From: Armatimonadota bacterium
GTDB lineage: Bacteria; Armatimonadota; Zipacnadia; Zipacnadales; UBA5352
NCBI GenBank assembly: GCA_034722055.1
Contig: JAYENL010000059.1
Location: 1 to 21,009, forward strand
Direction: 5' to 3'
Length of the DNA: 21,009 bases
The position numbers and the translations under genes are program-made. The notes beneath the pieces are model-generated. The model searched no databases, had not been told where the DNA came from, and worked only from the letters and a program-made list of their open reading frames with translations. Numbering within the stretch: the stretch's first letter is position 1; every line of letters starts with the position of its first letter. Positions 15,361 through 21,009 of the stretch are shown here, one piece after another.

Positions 15361-17565
15361 CTACCCCAGCTCGATCTGCAGCACCTCGTAGATGCGCAGC
15401 GACGGGAGCGTTATGAGCGCGCGGCCGTCCTCGACCCGGTGGCCCAGCGAGGCCGGCTCCTGGCGGTCGGGGCTGAAGGCGATCACTGACGCTACCTCGG
15501 TGCCCTGGGGCAGCGGCAGGTGCAGATCGATGTTCTGCTTGGCCTGGACCGGCGCCGGCTCCCCGCCCAGCTCGACGTCGTAGTTGAGGACGTGCAGCAC
15601 CAGCCGCGAGCCGTCAGGTGCCGCGAAGGCGTTCACGCGCAAGCCCGGGCCAGTGCCAGGGGCGATTGAGAGGCGCTCCGCGTACTCGGCGGTGCTTAGA
15701 GCCGCCGTGAACTGTTCGAAGCTCGTGTACCCTGCGGCGAGCGTGTCGTGGGGCGCCGCGATGGCCGCGCCCAGGCGGTCCAGCGGCACCTGGCTGATCC
15801 AGAGCCACGAGCCCTGCCCCTGGCGCTGATAGCGTATCGGGCTGTCGTCGTCGGTCGGCCGCATAACATCAGGCAGCGCCTCCGCATCCAGCGGTCGCAC
15901 CTGCAGGTCGTGGGTGGGCGTGCCGCCGATGATCATCGCCCGCCCGCCGCCCTCCATGTAGCTCTCCAGCGCCGCGATCTGCTCGGGGCTGGCGTACTTC
16001 ACGTCCGGAACGATGACCGTGCGGTACTGCCCGAGCTCCTCGGCGGTGAAGCGATCCTCCACCACGTAGTCGAAGAGCACGTGGGCGTTCACCAGCTCAT
16101 CGGTGATCTGCTGGACACTGCTGATGTGGTCCTGGTGCTCATACAGGTTCTGGTCGCCGAAGGCCGCCACCGCGACCTGCGCGTAGGGCAGCAGACCCTC
16201 GTAGAGATCGGCGTGAGCCTCGAAGAAGGCGCGGTAGGTGTTGAGCACGCTGCCGTACCGGTCCCAGCGGGGCCGGAGCAGGAAGCCGGCTCCGGAGCCG
16301 AATGCCGCCGCCTCGGCGTTGCCCAGCTCCGCGGTGGGCACGTTCAGCGCCTGGTTGGGCTTGATATTGGGGTAGCCGCCGCGAGTGAGCAGCAGCGGCG
16401 ACACGCGCTCGCGCACGGCGGCGGTGTACTTGAGCTGCCAGGTGTGGTGGTTGCGGACATTGAGGTGGATGTCCTCCACGATCCGGGAGCGCACCAGCCC
16501 CGGGTGGGTGCCGTAGTCGCCCACGGACAGCTCGTACATGACGTAGTCGCTGTCCTGGAAGGAGTTCTTCACCGACGCCGGCCGATGATGCCCTCCGTTG
16601 GGGAAGAGGATGAAGTGGTCGGAGGCCTGGAGGCCGGCCTCCCGGATGGCCTGCTGGTGATCGTGGATGCTCTGGCGCCAGAAGCGCCGGCTCTCCACCC
16701 AGCCCAGCGTCATCGGCTCATCGGGCTGGGGCTGGAGCGCCAGCGGAACCTGGCCCGGGTCGGCGCCGAAGAGCTCCCGGATCTGCTCGTCGGTGTACTT
16801 CGCGCGCAGGAAGTCCTGGAACTTGGCCTGGCAGAAGCGGCAGTAGCAGCGCTGGGTGCTGCTGTTATCGACGAATGCGCCGTCGTAGCCGACCTCCGCG
16901 ACGAGCCGCGCCACGGTGTCGATCCACGTCCGCCAGCCGGGGTTGTTCACGCACGCGGCATACCGCATGTTGGGCTCGTAGGGCGGGTAGAACTCGTCCT
17001 CGTCGGGCTCGACTCCGTACGTGGACTTCATGGATCCGTCCGGGTCGCGCTGCATCCACTCGGCCGGATCCAGCTCCGGCCGCGGCGGGAGGTCGAACTC
17101 GTCGCGGTACTCATCCCAGTGGTCGTAGAACTCCCAGAAGCCGGTGCGGCGCTCGTGGTGGCCGCCGAGGGTGATGGAGCAGATGTAGGGGCAGACCCAG
17201 CGCACGCCCGCCTCGTGCAGGCCCCGCACCATCTCGGTGAGGCCCTCGTAGCGCTCGCGCGTCTCGGCGGGTGTAAGTCTGCGGATGTCATCACCGCGAC
17301 CGTGCGCCTGGTTCTCCCCGCCGAGGGCCTGGATCGGCCCCCAGTTGTGGGTCATCACCACGTCCTTGCCCAGGTGCAGCAGCGTGGGTGGGGACTGGGC
17401 GACCGCTGGGATGTAGTCGGGGTTGCCGAGGTGATTGCTCCCGTAGTCCAGCACATAGGTGATCGGCGGCTGGGTCCGCCAGTCGGCGTCGGCGGCCAGG
17501 ATGGGCTGCGCTGCCATCAGGATGCCCCCTATTGTCAGGATGAACGCATGGGCTGATCGGCTCAT
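15361..17565 (-). CDS. Secreted putative glycoside hydrolase (TIM barrel + GH42-like trimerisation domain)
   Basis: Signal peptide; ACVNNPGW, YDGAFVDN and CYCRFC; class-I-GATase-like segment YRTVIVPD...YMEGGG; C-terminal VLHVLNY; SD GGGAGG. Confidence 0.7.
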   Translation of the reverse strand: MSRSAHAFILTIGGILMAAQPILAADADWRTQPPITYVLDYGSNHLGNPDYIPAVAQSPPTLLHLGKDVVMTHNWGPIQALGGENQAHGRGDDIRRLTPAETRERYEGLTEMVRGLHEAGVRWVCPYICSITLGGHHERRTGFWEFYDHWDEYRDEFDLPPRPELDPAEWMQRDPDGSMKSTYGVEPDEDEFYPPYEPNMRYAACVNNPGWRTWIDTVARLVAEVGYDGAFVDNSSTQRCYCRFCQAKFQDFLRAKYTDEQIRELFGADPGQVPLALQPQPDEPMTLGWVESRRFWRQSIHDHQQAIREAGLQASDHFILFPNGGHHRPASVKNSFQDSDYVMYELSVGDYGTHPGLVRSRIVEDIHLNVRNHHTWQLKYTAAVRERVSPLLLTRGGYPNIKPNQALNVPTAELGNAEAAAFGSGAGFLLRPRWDRYGSVLNTYRAFFEAHADLYEGLLPYAQVAVAAFGDQNLYEHQDHISSVQQITDELVNAHVLFDYVVEDRFTAEELGQYRTVIVPDVKYASPEQIAALESYMEGGGRAMIIGGTPTHDLQVRPLDAEALPDVMRPTDDDSPIRYQRQGQGSWLWISQVPLDRLGAAIAAPHDTLAAGYTSFEQFTAALSTAEYAERLSIAPGTGPGLRVNAFAAPDGSRLVLHVLNYDVELGGEPAPVQAKQNIDLHLPLPQGTEVASVIAFSPDRQEPASLGHRVEDGRALITLPSLRIYEVLQIELG

Positions 17566-17606
17566 GATTGCCTCCCGGGTGAAGGGCGGCGGTTGTGTGA
17601 CACGGG

Positions 17607-18542
17607 CTACTGCCGCGACGAGATGCGCTCCCAGGCCTGGACGGTCTCGCGGACGTGGTCGGCCGAGGCGTGCAGGGCCTTCATTTCATCGTCTGAGAGG
17701 TCGCACTCGATGATCTCCTCGACGCCGCCGGCGCCCAGCCGCACAGGCACGCCGACGAAGGTGTCCTCGATGCCGAACTCGCCCTGCAGCAGCACCGAGG
17801 CCGGCAGCACCCGGCCCTCGTCGCCCAGGATCGAGGCCGCCATCTCGGTCACGCCCGCTGAGGGGGCGTAGAAGGCGCTGGCGGTCTTCATCAGGCCCAC
17901 GATCTCGCCGCCGCCGTCGCGCGTGCGCTGCACGATCTCCTCCAGGCGGTCGGCGGCGATGAGCTGCGTCACCGGGACGCCACCGACAGTGGCGGAGCTG
18001 ACCAGCGGGACCATGGAGTCCCCGTGGCCCCCCAGCACCATGGCCTGCACGTCCACCGCCGAGCAGCCCAGCTCCATGCCGATGAAGGCCCGGAAGCGCG
18101 CGGTGTCGAGAGCCCCGGCCATGCCCATGACGCGCTGGCGCGGCAGACCGCTGACCTGCCTCGCGATGTGCGTGGTCACATCCAGCGGGTTCGTGACCAT
18201 GATCAGGATGGCCTCCGGCGCCACCTCCATGACCCGCTGGACGATGTCGGTGACGATCTCCCCGTTGGTCTCCAGCAGATCGTCGCGGGACATCCCCGGC
18301 TTGCGCGGGACGCCGGCGGTGATCACCACCAGGTCCGAGCCCTCTGCGGGGGCGTACTCCGTCCCACCCTCGATGGTGCGGCTGTGTCCGACCAGCGGCG
18401 CCGCTTGAGCGAGGTCCAGGGCCTTGCCGGCGGCCAGGCCCTCCACGATGTCTACGAGGTAGACGTCCGCGATGTCGCTCTCGATGATGCGCTGGGCGCA
18501 GGTGGCGCCGACATGTCCGGCCCCAACCACAGTGACCTTCAT
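17607..18542 (-). CDS. mdh: Malate dehydrogenase (LDH-like)
   Basis: GAGHVG, TAGVPRKPGMSRDDL (malate-specifying Arg), NPLD, LDTARF, GGHGD. Confidence 0.96.
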   Translation of the reverse strand: MKVTVVGAGHVGATCAQRIIESDIADVYLVDIVEGLAAGKALDLAQAAPLVGHSRTIEGGTEYAPAEGSDLVVITAGVPRKPGMSRDDLLETNGEIVTDIVQRVMEVAPEAILIMVTNPLDVTTHIARQVSGLPRQRVMGMAGALDTARFRAFIGMELGCSAVDVQAMVLGGHGDSMVPLVSSATVGGVPVTQLIAADRLEEIVQRTRDGGGEIVGLMKTASAFYAPSAGVTEMAASILGDEGRVLPASVLLQGEFGIEDTFVGVPVRLGAGGVEEIIECDLSDDEMKALHASADHVRETVQAWERISSRQ

Positions 18543-18577
18543 GCTCTCTCTCCCGGTGTGGTGTGCGGCGGGCGATC

Positions 18578-18586
18578 TGCTATAAT
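18578..18586 (+). promoter_or_regulatory. Consensus extended -10 element
   Basis: TGCTATAAT in the short divergent gap of an otherwise GC-rich region. Confidence 0.55.
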
Positions 18587-18595
18587 GGCGCGCGT

Positions 18596-19363
18596 ATGCC
18601 CTCCTCCATGGAGCTGATACGCCGCGTCATCCTGGTCGCCGCGGAGGCGGCCCTGCTGTATGTCGCATCCCGCCTGATCTTCGAGTGGGTGCTGCGGGCG
18701 GCGTGGGGGAGAGCCCCGGCGCGCCGCCTGCTGGTTGGTATTCTGCGGGCTCCGGGGAACCTCCTCCACGAGGCCTCACACGCCCTCGGCTACCTGCTCG
18801 CCGGCTACCGCGTGCGGCGCTGTGTGCCGTTCTTCATCGACCCCGAGGGGCGTGGCTACTGCCGGCCCGGCACGCCCTGGGTGGCGTGGGCGCCTCCATG
18901 GCTGGCGACCGGAGCGGCGGCCATCATGCCGCTGATCGCCGGCGCCGCGGCGCTCTACTGGATCGCCATCTGGCTGGGGATGCACACCTGGATGAGCGCG
19001 CTGGCGACGGCGCGAACGTGGGCGGCAGCCTCGGAGCTGCTGGGGCAGCTCGACTTCCGCGCCTGGCAGACGTGGGCGTTCCTGTATCTGGCGCTGAGCA
19101 TCGGGGCGGAGCTGGCGCCCAGCGAGATCGATCTCAGGCGGAGCCTTCCGGCGCTGGCCGTGGGGGCGCTGGTGGTGATCGCTGTCATCGTGGCGGTATC
19201 CGGCATCGAGCCGCTGGCTCGCTTCCGCCAGGACCTGGACGTAGGGCTGGGATGGTGGCTGTCATGGGCGTCATCGATCCTGGACTTCGGGATCGTGGCG
19301 ATAGTGGTGGTGGGGCTGCCGGCGGCCGTCCTGGCGTGGCCGCTGCGCGGGCGGAAGAGGTAA
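18596..19363 (+). CDS. Membrane HExxH zinc metallopeptidase-like protein (M50-like)
   Basis: PGNLLHEASHAL, several TM helices and APSEID. Start is ATG 18596 or 18608. Confidence 0.7.
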   Translation: MPSSMELIRRVILVAAEAALLYVASRLIFEWVLRAAWGRAPARRLLVGILRAPGNLLHEASHALGYLLAGYRVRRCVPFFIDPEGRGYCRPGTPWVAWAPPWLATGAAAIMPLIAGAAALYWIAIWLGMHTWMSALATARTWAAASELLGQLDFRAWQTWAFLYLALSIGAELAPSEIDLRRSLPALAVGALVVIAVIVAVSGIEPLARFRQDLDVGLGWWLSWASSILDFGIVAIVVVGLPAAVLAWPLRGRKR

Positions 19364-19457
19364 GAACAGTCGTAAGGTGGGCCTCCCCACGTGCCGCCGC
19401 GCTTTGCCTCCCCCGCGGTCGCTTGTAACTTGGACCTGACGACTGCCGCTGCCGGTC

Positions 19458-20540
<1,083 letters not shown>

Positions 20541-20565
20541 GCTGTGTCCTCCCACTGCAATGTGT

Positions 20566-20591
20566 GGAGCGGGGGACAGCGCCCCCGCTCC
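20566..20591. other. Perfect 10-bp stem-loop between the aminotransferase gene and icd
   Basis: GGAGCGGGGG-ACAGCG-CCCCCGCTCC with no U-tract, so more likely a stability or processing hairpin than a classic terminator. Confidence 0.4.
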
Positions 20592-20617
20592 GGGGTCATG
20601 GCGTCGTCACCTGGCGA

Positions 20618-21009
20618 TCAGGCCAGGGCCTCCGCCCAGCGGCTCAGCCCCACCTCCAGCTCCTCCATGCCGGCGGCGAAGCTGATGCGGATGTAGTCGT
20701 CGGCGCCGAAGGCCGCGCCGGGCACGAGGCTGATGAGGCCCTCCTCCAGCAGGTACTGTGCCATGTCCAGGGAGCCCTCGACTTGCCGCCCGCGCAGCTC
20801 GCGGCCGTAGTAGCCCGACATATTGGGGAAGGCGTAGAAGGTCCCGCGCGGGGTGGCGACGGCCACATCCGGCATCTGCGAGAGACGCTCGACGACGAAG
20901 TCCCGGCGCCGCTGGAACTGCTCGCACATCTCGCTCACGGACTCCTGCGGCCCGGTCAGGGCCTCGATGGTCGCCTGCTGGGCGATGGTGTTGGGGCAGG
21001 AGGTGGACT
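20618..21009 (-). CDS. C-terminal part of a class I/II PLP-dependent aminotransferase (aspartate aminotransferase-like)
   Basis: STSCPNTIAQQA...FQRRRD...PRGTFYAFP...VPGAAFG...YIRISFA; open to the window edge. Confidence 0.9.
   Translation of the reverse strand, partial: STSCPNTIAQQATIEALTGPQESVSEMCEQFQRRRDFVVERLSQMPDVAVATPRGTFYAFPNMSGYYGRELRGRQVEGSLDMAQYLLEEGLISLVPGAAFGADDYIRISFAAGMEELEVGLSRWAEALA

Noticed and set aside
15748..17556. 602-aa antisense ORF (likewise 186-1121, 1618-2634, 3288-4481, 7107-8156, 14249-15226, 19605-20696)
   Set aside because: Shadow ORFs opposite well-supported genes, with the H/V/L/R-rich composition typical of reverse-complemented GC-biased codons.

Overview
GC-rich bacterial window of densely packed genes. 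The gene mix suggests Armatimonadota or a PVC-like lineage (inference only). From left to right: a minus-strand ABC ATPase/permease operon resembling PilH/PilI (Xap), head-to-head with a prepilin-type H-X9-DG protein gene. That gene starts a plus-strand run of URO-D-family protein, a 979-aa secreted CBM/GH123-like protein, a PfkB kinase, a copper-amine-oxidase-N-terminal domain protein, an Nfu-type protein, a Gfo/Idh/MocA oxidoreductase and lgt. Then come a membrane protein, a ferredoxin, an APH-family kinase, a likely beta-barrel protein, a secreted GH-like protein, mdh, an HExxH membrane peptidase, icd and a partial PLP aminotransferase. No transposase, CRISPR array, tRNA or rRNA is evident. 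The most unusual sequence is non-coding: three palindrome-dense intergenic blocks (about 231-541, 9453-9720 and 13030-13330), two of which share a 117-bp element in inverted orientation, plus a 120-bp low-GC insert whose inverted ends supply the stop codons of two convergent genes. All family assignments come from motif recognition by eye, not database searches.
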